NCBI RefSeq assembly: GCF_001194135.2
Contig: NC_068992.1
Span: forward strand, 52,994,766 to 53,045,458
Direction of reading: 5' to 3'
Source: Octopus bimaculoides
Lineage: Eukaryota
Length of the DNA stretch: 50,693 nucleotides
The notes under the pieces are model-generated. The model saw only the letters and a program-made list of their open reading frames with translations. It was not told where the DNA came from and made no database searches. This document shows, piece by piece, positions 22,901 through 36,645 of this stretch. Position 1 is the first letter of the stretch. Each line of letters begins with the position of its first letter. The translations under genes and the position numbers were made by a program.

Positions 22901-23056
22901 GTTTTCGCGTTCTGATGCTTAATGCACTTTAATGTTTATCAGTGGTTCTCACCGCGCCTAGGTTTAAACTCCCCTAGACTTGTCTGCTTAAAAGATTTCC
23001 ATTGAGATCATACGCTGATTTCAAAGTAGGTAAAAGTGAAAATTACAAATAATATA

Positions 23057-23125
23057 GGCACAGGATTGGCTGTGTGGTAAGAAACTTGATTCACAACTAC
23101 ATGGTACCGAGTTCAGTCCTACTGC
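23057..23125 (+). mobile_element. SINE family A head only
   Basis: ggcacaggattggctgtgtggtaagaaacttgattcacaactacatggtaccgagttcagtcctactgcgtg. Confidence 0.8.
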
Positions 23126-23335
23126 GTGACCATTGCTTTGAATACTCATTCCAATGCGTTTTCCCCACTCGTTGTGAACTCGTAATAGCACATTTGGTGA
23201 TACGTGTGCAAATGAGTTGGTTATACGTTACTTCAAATGATTTATGTCTTTTATCTTTCTGCAACACACCATACCTTTCAAATGCCCCCATAGATAGAAA
23301 TCAAGAGGGGTTATATCAGGGGATCTAGGGGATCT
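23125..23335 (-). mobile_element. Tc1/mariner-superfamily transposase C-terminal relic
   Basis: PRSPDITPLDFYLWGHLKGMVCCRKIKDINHLK*RITNSFAHVSPNVLLRVHNEWGKRI, matching the WPPRSPDLTPLDFYLWGHLK motif. Confidence 0.88.
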
Positions 23336-26300
23336 TATAAACTGCTCCTCATAAAAATATAAATTTTTCCTATGTATGGAGATTTTCGAATCACCTATAT
23401 ATATATGCTTATATATATATATATATATATACATACTAGATTATTCGTCTCATATTCTTTGACAAATTTCGCTCGCGAATATGTACCGTGGCTTCGTCAA
23501 CAACTATTTTTTCTGAGTTTATGAGCAACGTGTGTGATTCCGTTGAACCGGCTTTATATTTTTTTATGCAGTTTCCTTTGAGCGAAAAATTTAACTCTTC
23601 AAATCTGAAAGATATCTATAAATCAGAGTCATAAATATAATATCGCATGTGTGAAACATAAATAAACTTTATTTCCATCATATCAAGCCATATGCCCCAA
23701 TATCATTTAAAGTATATGTTTTTGCCTATACTAAGAGGCTTGTTACACAATGCCACTGTTATATGATTTGATGGATGAAAACGAAACCGCAATAGAAAGT
23801 AATTGCCAATTTTCCTATCGTGGAAACATTAATGGGTGGTTATATATATTTCTGAAAAAAGTATGAATATAACTTAGGCAATATTACTGAATGTGCAATA
23901 TGTTAGAATTCATAAAATATCATATAAAGTAAATCTCCACGTTATAATCACACTAATAACTAATAAATGTTAGGAGACGTGTTCTTCAAATATCCGATAA
24001 AGCTAGATAATATTGATTAGAACGGCAATACATCAATCGTTTCGTTTAAAATATGTTGATCACAGTCTTTTAATCGATCTTATATAAGGTACGCTAAAAC
24101 TGATCGAAAGCTGTCACATTAAAATTGTGCACATATAAGGTGATGGTTTAAATCTGGATTACCATCACCATCTACTCCACGATTTAATTTATCGTTGATG
24201 GCTAATATCCGATTCGCATAATTTGCTATACAATAGAGGATTTCATTGTAAATTTAGAACCTTTGATTTCCCTACGCGCTGTTACATACTTCTTCGGATT
24301 AAAGATATACTCAGTTATCAGTTTCTACACAGAATGGTATAAATCTCATTCCTTATTGATTATCCCATGAAGTTGCCTTCATAATATATATATATATATA
24401 TGTATCGAATAGTCATGATAGAATTAAATGAAAAGGGTGAACAAATGCTTTTGGCGTTGTTTGAATACTTTAATATTCATCTCGAATTGCACTTTGCAAA
24501 TGTAGATAAAGGCTCTTAGATGTCAGTCACCGTCATGTCGCCATTTGTATCAATTAATTTGGCAATCAGAACACAAATTTAATACAGATGGTATTAGTTT
24601 TACAACATGTATTGCAGAAATCGTATTACCAGAAAGAATTAAATTGTATTACGATTCCTAATTAAGATTTTGTATTTAGATATTTATGAATATCATTTGA
24701 AATGACTCAGCTGCTGTGAATTGGAGTTTTTATCTCAGTGTGAATAACTAATGAAAAATGTATTCTTGGAGTCAGCTGCTATATGGTCATATATGAACAC
24801 GATTGATCAATATTCAGGTGGGCAGATAGAAATTTTATCTGTGTAGGTCATGATGCGATACCTCTATAATATAATCAATGAGTGGAGACATATTTGCTAC
24901 CTTTAGAAAGCCATTCCAGCAAGCAATAATTCTCCCCTATTAAGCAATGCTTTCATTACCAGAATTTTCCTTATCCGAGATATTGTTCCGCCCTTAGACA
25001 TTATTTTTGGCATTTTTACATTCCTGTTCATTTGAAAATTGATTTTATGTGCTTAATTAAGTTTCGATTTCACTCATTTAACTTAATTCAAATAATTATA
25101 AATTGCCACGCACAGTTTTCAGCGACACTATGCATTTACTATTTCACCAAAACTGGATATATGTACTTCATATAAGATTATGTTATATTTTTATATTTCT
25201 TAGAAAAGGATTAAACGAAACCAATAGGAAGAAGAGTGAAATTAATGCAATCTGCCATGTAATTCATATCAGGCAGCTGTTGTTGTTAACATCAAACTAT
25301 GGGACGTAATTCTATTCAGATCTTGTACGTTATAATTGTCATGTATACCATGTATTTCATCTGAGTTCACTTAAAAATCTCAACACAAAATCGCAGAATA
25401 TCCATCAGCAGTAAATCTTGCGTTGCATTCTGTCTCAGATTGAAGATATCCAAACAATACCGTTACATAGAAGTGTACATTCTATTAGATAACTTTACAG
25501 AATGCTATAAAAGCTGAATTTTATAAATAATGATTTTGTACACCTTTATGGCAAGATAATTCTGAAACATTCATTAATATGCAACTCGCAATTAATAGCA
25601 GTGGCTTAGACTTAAAAATAATGGACATTTTATATCTCGTCGATGCAGTCTCCATCTGGAATATTCTAATTATCGTTGTCTTCATTGAATCGGATTGTAA
25701 AATTAATGTTTTGAGGTGTGGTTGCATTTTAATTAATCCCAATTCAATCCAACTCCAACTGAAATTTTAATAGGAAAGTGAATGTTGTAATATTTAATTT
25801 TAGCAAACTATAGCAGGAAAAGTGGGAAAAGTTTAGTCTACTGATATGATAATTAATTTCTCATGTTTCTTTGTCAGAGAAAGACTGAAATTTAATATCG
25901 CTGGAATTATTTTTCGAGTCGTAGATAAATACAGGAGTGATGCAACTAATTGTAATTGACAAAAGTAGAGTTAAATGGATTAGTGATTCATTACATTGCA
26001 TCACTGAATAATCAGCTCCTCAAAGCTGTCATAATTCAAAGTCGAAACTGAATTCTTATGCTAATTCAACAGTGGAAATTTAATATCATAAACATCTTCT
26101 TCTCTCTGGGTATCCTTAAGTACTGGTGAAGTTATTTATTGGGTCATAACTTATGACATACCCCTTCAGGTTTGAACCTGCAGAAATCTTTAACAGACAA
26201 TGATGCAGAGAAATAGGAATATTATCGATGACAAAATTGTAAAATTTGAAACCAGATCTGATGTTTTATATATCTTTGCTTTAATGCTGGCTATTAAATA

Positions 26301-27699
26301 GTAAATATGACTTAAAACTAAAGCTTAGGAACCTAGATTTACTAGTTTATATTTAGTCTACACTTAGAAATTTCGAGTGTAAGGTGTTGAATTTTATTTT
26401 GTCTTTCATAAACAGTGAATAGTTCAACGAAGAAATCAGACATCGCTACAAATAATCTGTTCTCCTCAGAAACTCAGTCACCCAGAATTTCCCTTGAACA
26501 AGTCCTTGCTGTAGCTGGGCTTAGAAAGATTCCCAATGACCTTAACACCATCAACATCAAATGGTCTACAAGAAAACTGCGATGGCATTAGTCACTACTC
26601 TTACTTCGGACCCAAGATATTAAAACAAAATCAGTGTAAATCATAATCTAATGTGGTCAGCATATCCATTCAAATCTCCTGGCATCTTATTGTCAATTAT
26701 TTTATTCCTATTTTTAGTTTGTGTATGAGAACAGTCAATTAAAAGTGTTAATATCAGGAGCTATTTATTTCTTTTTATGGACTGACCACCAGATTAATAG
26801 CATTCCACATGGTTACGTTATATGGCAATATCTTAGAACTATAAAATAATGGCAAATGAAAGCATCGTCCTCGAGTAAGTCGTCTAAAAAGGTAAGAGTG
26901 TTGGTATGTATCCTTATCTATACGTTGCTTCATTATTTGAAATATACAAAGAACAGTAACATTTGCAAGTGAATAACTGAAAATATTCAACAAACAGTAC
27001 GTCATGTTATCTCTTAGTTGGTACTATAAAGTATAAAACAATGAAAATATTTGTGAATCATTCTATGCTATAAGAGAATTTAAATATCGGAGACTTATGG
27101 TCTTGTAAAATAATAAAAAAAAGTACTTGCGTTAGCACAACATACAAAAGCCTCGCAATAGTTATTTGAATTGATCAAATAACATGATTTTAGATTCCGC
27201 TGACAACGAAAGACATATATTAACTAGTCTTGCTTTCTTACAAAGATATTTAATTTAAAATTCATAAACATATACGGAAGAAGATAGATAGCGATTTCTG
27301 AGTACTTAATATTCCAGATGTGATGTCCCACCAACAGAAATATCTTTTTCTTTCGATTTCTAATGACTTGATTTTTACTAGCATATGCAAATTATCTGCC
27401 TCTCACAGACTGCCTCGTTACAATCACTTTTGTATTTCACACAATTCAACCCTTTAGCGTTCAGGTTATTCTGTCCCATTTGATATTTATTTAATCACAT
27501 TGTTTTGAATTAGTCATCTAATATATTGTAGCTTTCAAATTTCAATGATATCATTATACATTTTAGAATGACATCGATGGTTAGATGTGAGAAACCACAT
27601 TTGATCAGTTTGAACATAAAACACGTAGATTATTTAGTCTGTTTGAATGTGACAATACTGATTGCAACAATAAAACGTCATGTATGTATATCTAAATAA

Positions 27700-27980
27700 T
27701 ACAGAATGGGACAAGGACGCAAAACAAGAAAGGGACAAAACATACAGATAGACGATACAAAGAAAACACGGACAGGTTATTCGGAGTTTTCTTTCTTCAG
27801 TCGAGATCTAGATTATCCTTGCAATTTCGGCTGGTTATTCTCGATATTGCTCCAATCTGGCCAGCCCCATGGAAAAACTAAGAAAAGAGCTTTAGATTCC
27901 TTGGAAGAAAGCAGCGAATGTATACAAAAACAAGGACGGAATAAAAAAGGAACAATGTTACACAAATACAATAAAAAATA
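27700..27980 (-). mobile_element. Unclassified short repeat, possibly Penelope-related
   Basis: Minus strand ggctgg..(26 nt)..ccagccGAAAttgc stem followed by a pyrimidine-rich tail, an organisation like H1/H2; first hammerhead box not recognisable. Confidence 0.3.
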
Positions 27981-29283
27981 ATCAACAGGACTTAACAGCA
28001 GACGTCTTCCGACTAAGGACAAATTGAATTAAGCTGGCGTTGTGGAAATAAGGCCTTACAGCAGGAATACAAGATTTCACAGGCACAGGGAGGAATAACG
28101 ATGTTGCACGCACAACGGCCGGCCAAAAAAGAAAGATCACGCTTGGCCGAACACCGGTCACGTGGGAAGAGAGAGAGAGAAAGACAGACAGACAGACGGA
28201 GACATAGACAGAGAGAGGGAGAGAGAGATAGAGGCAGAGGGACAAAAGAATTACGGAGGGGCAAGAAAAATGACAACAGTATATATATGGCTAACAAGAG
28301 TTCAAATTTACTGGTAGAACAATACACGTTCTATCTGCCGGTAACTTCCCCGGTGGTATAAGTATCATCGAACTTTCTTATCTATGAGTCGTATTCGTAA
28401 GTGGGATGGTTAGAGTTTTCTATAATAAGGAATTACACTTCTTGCTTTACTTTGAAACAAACATGAGAAATTCGTCATAAATTTTCTTCGAAATCGGCGT
28501 TGAAATCTAACACTTTATGCGTTTACATGTTAGAGATAGTTAAACTAGCGATCAATACATATAATTCATAATTGTTTGTATTTTTCTTACATTCTTTGCG
28601 ACAATGGCAATAACGAGACGGGAACCGACAACAGTTTGGACAGGAGTCCGTCATGTTATCTCATTAGATATTGTACATACTCCAGTATACTGCATGACAA
28701 TGTTCAGTGAATAGATTTAAACATTTTCAGTATTGAAAGCAAAAACAGAAAAAGAAATATTAAACGAACAGTAAAAAGAGAGTCATTAGTTTTCTTCTAT
28801 AGCTCTTTTCAAACTGAATGTACTTTTCTCTTTAATTGAACAGCTAATCTTTTGTGACGATAAAATACTCTATTATATCCATCCGTTGTTCCATTCTAAG
28901 CTGCTCGGTTGCAATTTTATTGACACTCCCACTCAAGTACCACTGCTTGTGGAATTTATTGAGGAAGGTGTTGGGGGTCAAATATCTTTTGTAATTGCTG
29001 TCTATTTGAAATATGTTTTGAACATGTAGTTAACGTCCAGAAATGACGGATGGCTCGTTGCACAGCGCAAGATATATTTAAGATATAAAAAAATAAATTC
29101 ATTAATACTATTAGTGTTTAAATAAAAGGAAGTTATACACATGCCCACTAACAAATCAACATGCATTTTCACTGCATATATACATGCTTATATACAGACA
29201 TGTGCACACCGACACACGCACACACATGTACATAAACAAGCACGTGTATGTTTTCTGTAAACACACATATATATATATGTATA

Positions 29284-29322
<39 letters not shown>

Positions 29323-29749
29323 NNNNNNNNNNNNNNNNNNNNNNNNNNNNNNNNNNNNNNNNNNNNNNNNNNNNNNNNNNNNNNNNNNNNNNNNNNNNNN
29401 NNNNNNNNNNNNNNNNNNNNNNNNNNNNNNNNNNNNNNNNNNNNNNNNNNNNNNNNNNNNNNNNNNNNNNNNNNNNNNNNNNNNNNNNNNNNNNNNNNNN
29501 NNNNNNNNNNNNNNNNNNNNNNNNNNNNNNNNNNNNNNNNNNTATATATATATATATATGTGTGGGGGGGGGTGTAGGTGCAGGAGTTGCTTACTAACCA
29601 CATGGTTCCGTGTTCAATCCCAAAAGCTGCTGTTAGGTATTCTAACCAGTGAAAAACACCCACTTCACAAGCAACGAAATTGTTGATGCTCAATTTCGTT
29701 CAGTAAGAAACTACGTAATTTTATTATGAGATTGTATTCGCCCATTTAA

Positions 29750-30250
29750 TGGAATGTGTTTCCGTTCAGACCATTTCTGGAGGAGTCTACCGGACATTTT
29801 CATCACCATATAGCAGTTCTTACTATCTGCTGGTCTGGTCCTCAGCAGCCCCAAATGTCTTAAATGAACATACAGATCAGCTATTGCCAATGATTGGTTT
29901 GATACTGGTCGCATGGTCTTGCATTATAAGGTGCTAAATTGCCAAAGCATCGTTTGTCCAAGTTAATGGGTGATCCTAATGCATTCCGGCGTTTCTTCTG
30001 TGTGATGCCGATCCAAATTCCTTTCACATTTTTCCCCAACCCCATGACATTGAGCTTGTCCGAAATTACAGTAATTCGCTGTTTAAAACCAGCATCGAAG
30101 ACATATCTGTGAACAAAGTTATAAAGGAGACCTTTTGCACAGACAACCACATTTGTACGATCTATATCCGTTGCGATAAATTAGAAAAACGTGTAGTGAG
30201 ACAGGTGACTATTGATGTAACCTAAAGACATAGACCCTGGTATTTTGTCT
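29750..30250 (-). mobile_element. Highly decayed coding-like relic, possibly RTE LINE
   Basis: Fragments across frames: HLRHLGLLR / EDQTSR**ELLYGDE / SSMLVLNSELL, loosely resembling RTE LRWLGHV..EDGRIPK.LLYGEL. Confidence 0.3.
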
Positions 30251-30507
30251 GGGTGCAAGAATCGTTTACTACCTGTCGATGTACAACAGACTGGATATCG
30301 GAAACTCAGAAATCATTTAGAACCAAAAAATCTAGATCATGTAAATATTGATGGTGGAACAGCACATTTTTGCAAATAAATGTTTTAAGAACTCCTCTTA
30401 CATATTTAAAACATATTGGCTACTGCAATAATCTGTACTTGAGAATACTTCAAGAGAGTTTCACTGTTATCAGCCATCAATATAAATACATACATACATA
30501 CATACAT

Positions 30508-30543
<36 letters not shown>

Positions 30544-31678
30544 TCACACNNNNNNNNNNATACACACACACACACACCCACACATATATATATATATATA
30601 CATGTAGTATACATGTATGTACACGTACAGAAACTGAGAAAGGGAGTCAGTCTCCCTCTCTCTCTCTCTCAAATAAAGAGGGAGAGTAAAAAAGTTCTGT
30701 AGAAGACACAAGAATGAAGATAGAGTTTTGTTCCAAGCGATTTACAGAGAACCTAATAAAAGCGATAAAAAAATTTGTTTCAGAGTTTCGGAACAATAAC
30801 ATGTTATAGAACTGCTAAAAGGAACAAACACTTAAAAATATAATTGAGTGACATATTGAAATAAATATTCTNNNNNNNNNNNNNNNNNNNNNNNNNNNNN
30901 NNNNNNNNNNNNNNNNNNNNNNNNNNNNNNNNNNNNNNNNNNNNNNNNNNNNNNNNNNNNNNNNNNNNNNNNNNNNNNNNNNNNNNNNNNNNNNNNNNNN
31001 NNNNNNNNNNNNNNNNNNNNNNNNNNNNNNNNNNNNNNNNNNNNNNNNNNNNNNNNNNNNNNNNNNNNNNNNNNNNNNNNNNNNNNNNNNNNNNNNNNNN
31101 NNNNNNNNNNNNNNNNNNNNNNNNNNNNNNNNNNNNNNNNNNNNNNNNNNNNNNNNNNNNNNNNNNNNNNNNNNNNNNNNNNNNNNNNNNNNNNNNNNNN
31201 NNNNNNNNNNNNNNNNNNNNNNNNNNNNNNNNNNNNNNNNNNNNNNNNNNNNNNNNNNNNNNNNNNNNNNNNNNNNNNNATATGTATGTAGGTATGTATG
31301 TAGGTATGTATGTATAAGTGTATGCGTGTGTGTGCGCGCGCATCTGTGTAGATTGTATGTTTGTTTATGTTATGTTTGTGTCTTCGATATGAGTATGCCT
31401 TGTGTTTTTCGTTTCTGTATATCAAATAAATATATTTTATGTTTGGTTTTATGAGTTTAATAAATCTATTTACCATCTATCTAAATAATGCTCTCAGCTC
31501 TACTTATGATGCCTTCATATAAGCCTGTGCATAACTGCTTAGTTTTCTCTGTATTAGCTTGCCTGTCTCTGCCATTTTCATTCTTTCTCTCCCACTCGGT
31601 CCCTCTCTAACCGGTTCTCTCTCTCTTTCTCTCTAGATCTATCTACGTTTGCATACAAACATACATGTGTGCGAGTTG

Positions 31679-31721
<43 letters not shown>

Positions 31722-32127
31722 TGTATGTATATATCTGTGTGTGTGTGTGTATGCATATATATCTTCATCCATGTATGTGTACGCTCGTGGGCGTATTTTT
31801 CTGCGTATTTTTTTGTGTATCTTAGGCTATGTGAGAGTGTGTATGTGTATATTTCTATACACATTTATAATTCTTTTTTTTTTTTTTTGACTGAGTATAT
31901 ATTTGGAGAAAATTTCAATTTTTGATACATATGTTTATGTGCATATATATTTTAATCTATATCCTCTATATGGGTTCAGATCTCTGATATAACGAGTGGG
32001 GAAGTCATTTCTGCATAAAAAAATACTAACACGTCTGTATTATATAGTGTAACCACTTTTGTTTTTTCCATTACTCGTCTCGTCATTCAATTTCGCTTTA
32101 TTTTTTCCTGAATATCTATGTATTCGT

Positions 32128-32158
<31 letters not shown>

Positions 32159-32704
32159 CTTATGACATACTGCCTTCCTTCTCTTATAAAATACAAGCTG
32201 TACGTCTCTGTTTTTGTAGAGATGGCAACATTTTGAAATAATATTTGTTCATTCCTATTTTCTTTACGTCTTCTCACATCGAGCATTTGCATGTTATTTT
32301 TTTTTATTACATTTTGAAGACGTTTCTTCTAAGTGCCAAACATCCAATGATACTCTGAAGTGCAAGCTTACAGATGATTATCCAATTAAGAACAAACAAG
32401 AAATACAAAATAAACAAAAACAAAATACGCATTAAAAAAATAATAGAAATAATGTTAAAACAAAAATTTATAATAAAATAAAAAATAGTAAAGCATCCTG
32501 AGAATTTCAGCAGAAATGTTTCGATAGAATGAATTTCGAGGAGGTTTGTATAAGGGTGTAGCTGCCTCTTCTTCTCTCGAATACTAGTTAACTTAAATCT
32601 GTAAACTTTGAAACTGTCTTGAGAATTATTACATGTAACTTTATCTATGCATGAACGCAACTCGAGATATGTAGTTTATATACGCTACATGACGTTAATT
32701 TGGA

Positions 32705-32890
32705 CAGCTTCTCCAGTGAAATGTCTGAAAAGTTGAATGACAAACCATCGCATGCCAACAGTTTACAAGGTTATTACTCCGCTCTCCCAAGAGAATCGTT
32801 ATCCCTCTGTTTTCTACAATCATGTCCGTTTTTAAAGCCCGAAGGCCTCCCACACCTAATGAATGATTCCGCATATCTTCTTCATGTCCA
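32705..32890 (-). mobile_element. Possible decayed RTE LINE RT fragment
   Basis: IIH*VWE..KTEG*RFSWESGVITL*TVG, loosely resembling VW..K.KGDR.DC.NYRGITLLSVVGK. Confidence 0.25.
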
Positions 32891-34021
32891 TGTATTCATA
32901 TGAGTACATGAGTTCACGTGTAAATTTGGAGGTGGATTTTGTATGCTAGAAATAAAAATAAAATGCTTTAAAATGTCACACTGCGTAAATAGAGGAAAGA
33001 GATCGTCGATAAAATCCTTCAAAATTCTCTCACGATAAGATATTAAACAGAGGTGTAAGATCTCTCAACATATTTGACATCTGTTCAGCAAGGAAGAACT
33101 GCTGCGGATGAAAATGTCTCATCATGCATGATACCACACCTTGCATAATAAGCATTTCTTTCTTTATCTTCCAAGAATTTGAAGTGGAAAATTTAATAAT
33201 TTAGTTGTAAAAGTGTTGGAGGACGTACGATGTGGGGATTGATTGCCTCCCTTTAAATACACATTTAATTTGTGCTAACGTCAGATGAGAACTTTATCCT
33301 TCTAAAGAAGAAGCTAACATTCGACTATACTTTTCATACTAAATCAGTGCATAACACAGTCGAATAAAATATGAAAAAGCTCAATGAATAATAAGTAATT
33401 ATTAGTTTAATAACTTGTAGCAATTTAAAATTTTCAATCATTATTATTCAGTAGTTAGTTTCTACTTTATCATGGCTCAAATAAAATTGAATAAGGAATG
33501 TAAGGAAGAAAGGAAGGTATATGATATATTCTAAAAATAGCCTATGAATTATTGTATATTTCTTGTCATCAAAAATGTTAATGTATTATAATGCTGAGGC
33601 GAAGAATCTCTAGAGCAAAGTCGACACGGTTTTATAATTGACTTTCGAGTTTCTATCGGATACACACGTATAAGACAAGCCTACAGACACATAAGCGCTA
33701 AATCTAAATCGTGTCACAAAAAAACAAAATTTTGTCAAGAATATATTTGTAAAAAGTATTTATAAATATTCTGGAAACACACTGAAATTGATAATAAATT
33801 GTAAATATTAACCTAATTGTCGGTAGTATTTGTCTCATATTTTTGTTATATAAAACAGAATTGTAACATAACTAATAATCGTGTCTCACATAGAATTATT
33901 ATACATTTTTTAGGTGTCTCTACTTCGTTTGTTGCTGCTCCTCCGCAATATAACTTCCCCTCATTGTGATATGTAAACTGCCTATACAAATATCATTAGT
34001 CATCACTTATCTCTTTGGAAA

Positions 34022-34052
<31 letters not shown>

Positions 34053-34435
34053 CACTTTCACCATGAAAAACATCATCAAACCACATGTTTTCCCACTGAG
34101 TTTAAATCGGTTATACTTATGAAGACGGAATATACCTGATTACATCGCAACTATTACAAACATCCACTTGTGCAATATTTACTGAACTACTGCTCTTTAT
34201 ATTCATTTATGCATTACTATTTCTCTTTATTTTGTATAAGTATATCATAATGTAACGCCATACCGATTATTTTGTCTGTCATGTTCTTCTTTTACACACA
34301 TACACATACGCACACACACACGTACGCAATCAAACAAGCAATTACATATATACGCATACACATATGTGCGTGCATGAATTATGTAGATAGACAGACAGAC
34401 AGATAGACAGATAGATAGATAATTAGATAGATAGA

Positions 34436-34730
34436 TACGAGGTGGCATCAAAACGTTCCCGGACTAGTTCTGTAGCACGCCAACAGATGGCAGCACATGG
34501 TTAAGTGTGGAGTGAGAGTTAGCAGGGATGTTAATGAAGCAGCGTGTACAGTGACATCGCTGTTTACTTCGCAAGTTGTGAAATTTGCGTATATGAGATC
34601 ATGTGTATGCTGTAGTCTGCGATTTTGTCATGGACATGAACAAAGAGCAAACGAGGAATTTTGCATTAAACTTGGGAGGTCTAGTAGAGAATAAGTGAGC
34701 ATGTTTTGGCAAGCTTATGATTCGAAATTA
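34436..34730 (+). mobile_element. Mariner 5' fragment (TIR + start of transposase)
   Basis: TA-cgaggtggcatcaaaacgttcccggact TIR; then, across frameshifts, MDMNKEQ / RANEEFCIKLGRSSRE*VSMFWQAY, resembling EQRANVKFCVKLGKSATET..ML..AY. Confidence 0.85.
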
Positions 34731-35339
34731 CATCGCAAATCGACAGACTACGCTGAAGATCCTGCAGATATTTACTTATGTAAATTTTAACAGGTGAAAC
34801 CATGGTACGTAGGTTAATCGTTTTTATTTAGTATTTTTTCATTTGTCTTGCCCTTTTACAGTCTGTTGTGTCGCTGAATTTTTACTGAGAACATATATTT
34901 TTTTCGTGGTTAGATGATTCGCATCTAGCATATGGGAGTCCACTTTTGCTGGTTATCCCTCTTATTTTTGTACGTAATATAATTTTAATCTTCGGATTTT
35001 TTTAATATGCTAGACCACTGGTTCAAATTGATTAACATCAATTTCTACCCTCATAAATAAATATATAAATATATATAAAAATATATATATATATANNNNN
35101 NNNNNNNNNNNNNNNNNNNNNNNNNNNNNNNNNNNNNNNNNNNNNNNNNNNNNNNNNNNNNNNNNNNNNNNNNNNNNNNNNNNNNNNNNNNNNNNNNNNN
35201 NNNNNNNNNNNNNNNNNNNNNNNNNNNNNNNNNNNNNNNNNNNNNNNNNNNNNNNNNNNNNNNNNNNNNNNNNNNNNNNNNNNNNNNNNNNNTATATATA
35301 TATATATATATATATGCATCAATTTATAAATATATTTGT

Positions 35340-35480
35340 CTTTATTGCCCACCGGGGGCTAAACATAGAGGGGACAAACAAGGAGAGACAAATGTATTAA
35401 GTCGATTACATCGAGTCCAGTGCATAACTGGTATTTATTTAAAGGATGAAAGGCAAGTCGGCCTCGGCGGAATTTGATAC
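35340..35480 (-). mobile_element. SINE family B, 3' part with alternative tail
   Basis: tttattgcccaccgggggctaaacatagaggggacaaacaagg..gtcgattacatcg..ggatgaaaggcaagtcggcctcggcggaatttga. Confidence 0.8.
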
Positions 35481-36184
35481 CGTTTCTGCCGCCTCTCCGG
35501 CTTAAATTTATAAATTATTTTATAAATTTATAAATACACTTAGATTACATACATATGGTAAGTATACTTACCATAATAGTTCAAGTGCATATGTAACGCA
35601 ATTCTATTTATTAGACTTAAATGTACGTGTGTGTATGCATGTATTAGTATACGTCTTAGGTTGTGTGGGAGTATATGTGTGTGTGTGTGTGAGCGCGGAC
35701 GTGCGTGTGGTTCTGTGTTTGTATGTAGCAGTTTAACAATGGAATTGCCCTACAATCTAATTCGACTAATAAGTTATTTAGGTTTTCACATTTGTTGCCT
35801 AAGGTTCTCTACCATGACAGAAACGGATGGTATTGGCACGTTTAGACTAGGAAGTTGGTGCGGTGCGTTATCTTTCTTTGTTTCCGACTGTTTTGTTCTT
35901 GTTTTCTTCTTTGTTTGTTAACCACGTAATGTTTACTTTCTAAATCTGTAATGCATAAGGAAAGGTTTTTTTTTTTTGGGTGCTATAATTGATTTAAGAT
36001 GGCAAAATGCAGGCAACGAACAAAACATACACCCACTCGCGTTTCCAGCACGCATGAATGTATAGACGTTTATAGTTACCTATATGCATTTTTTTTTATA
36101 TATGCATGAATATATGCATGTTCGTATAGTTATTTATATACATGCATTTATGTATACGTCTATACATATTCACGTATATTGATA

Positions 36185-36541
36185 TACATTCCTACATGCA
36201 TACGTGTAGGTGTATCTATGTACATTCCTACATGCATACGTGTAGGTGTATATATGTACATTCCTACATGCATACGTGTAGGTGTATCTATTTACATTCC
36301 TACATGCATACGTGTAGGTGTATCTATTTATATTCCTACATGCATACGTGTAGGTGTATCTATTTATATTCCTACATGCATACGTGTAGGTGTATCTATT
36401 TATATTCCTACATGCATACGTGTAGGTGTATCTGTGTACATTCCTACACGCATACGTGTAGGTGTTTCTATGTACATTCCTACATGCATACGTGTAGGTG
36501 TATCTATGTACATTCCTACATGCATAAGTGTAGGTGTATCT
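36185..36541. repeat. 36-bp minisatellite, 10 copies
   Basis: Unit tacattcctacatgcatacgtgtaggtgtatctatg; the ORF track shows a 12-aa period (HSYMHTCRCIYV) ten times. Confidence 0.95.
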
Positions 36542-36645
36542 TTATTCTTTTACTTGTTTCAGTCATGTGACAGCAGCCATGCTGGAGCACCGCCTTTAGT
36601 CGAACAAAACAATCCCAGGATTTATTCTTTGTAAGCCTAAAACTT
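36542..36645 (-). mobile_element. SINE family A, 3' tail fragment
   Basis: ttttacttgtttcagtcatgtgacagcagccatgctggagcaccgcctttagtcgaac..ttctttgtaagccta. Confidence 0.88.

Noticed and set aside
26440-26600. Possible LINE fragments here and at 49690-49830 (ALRGLKTGK)
   Set aside because: Single short motif resemblances, too decayed to call.
36185-36541. CRISPR array
   Set aside because: The units are contiguous with no unique spacers, there are no cas genes and the context is eukaryotic.
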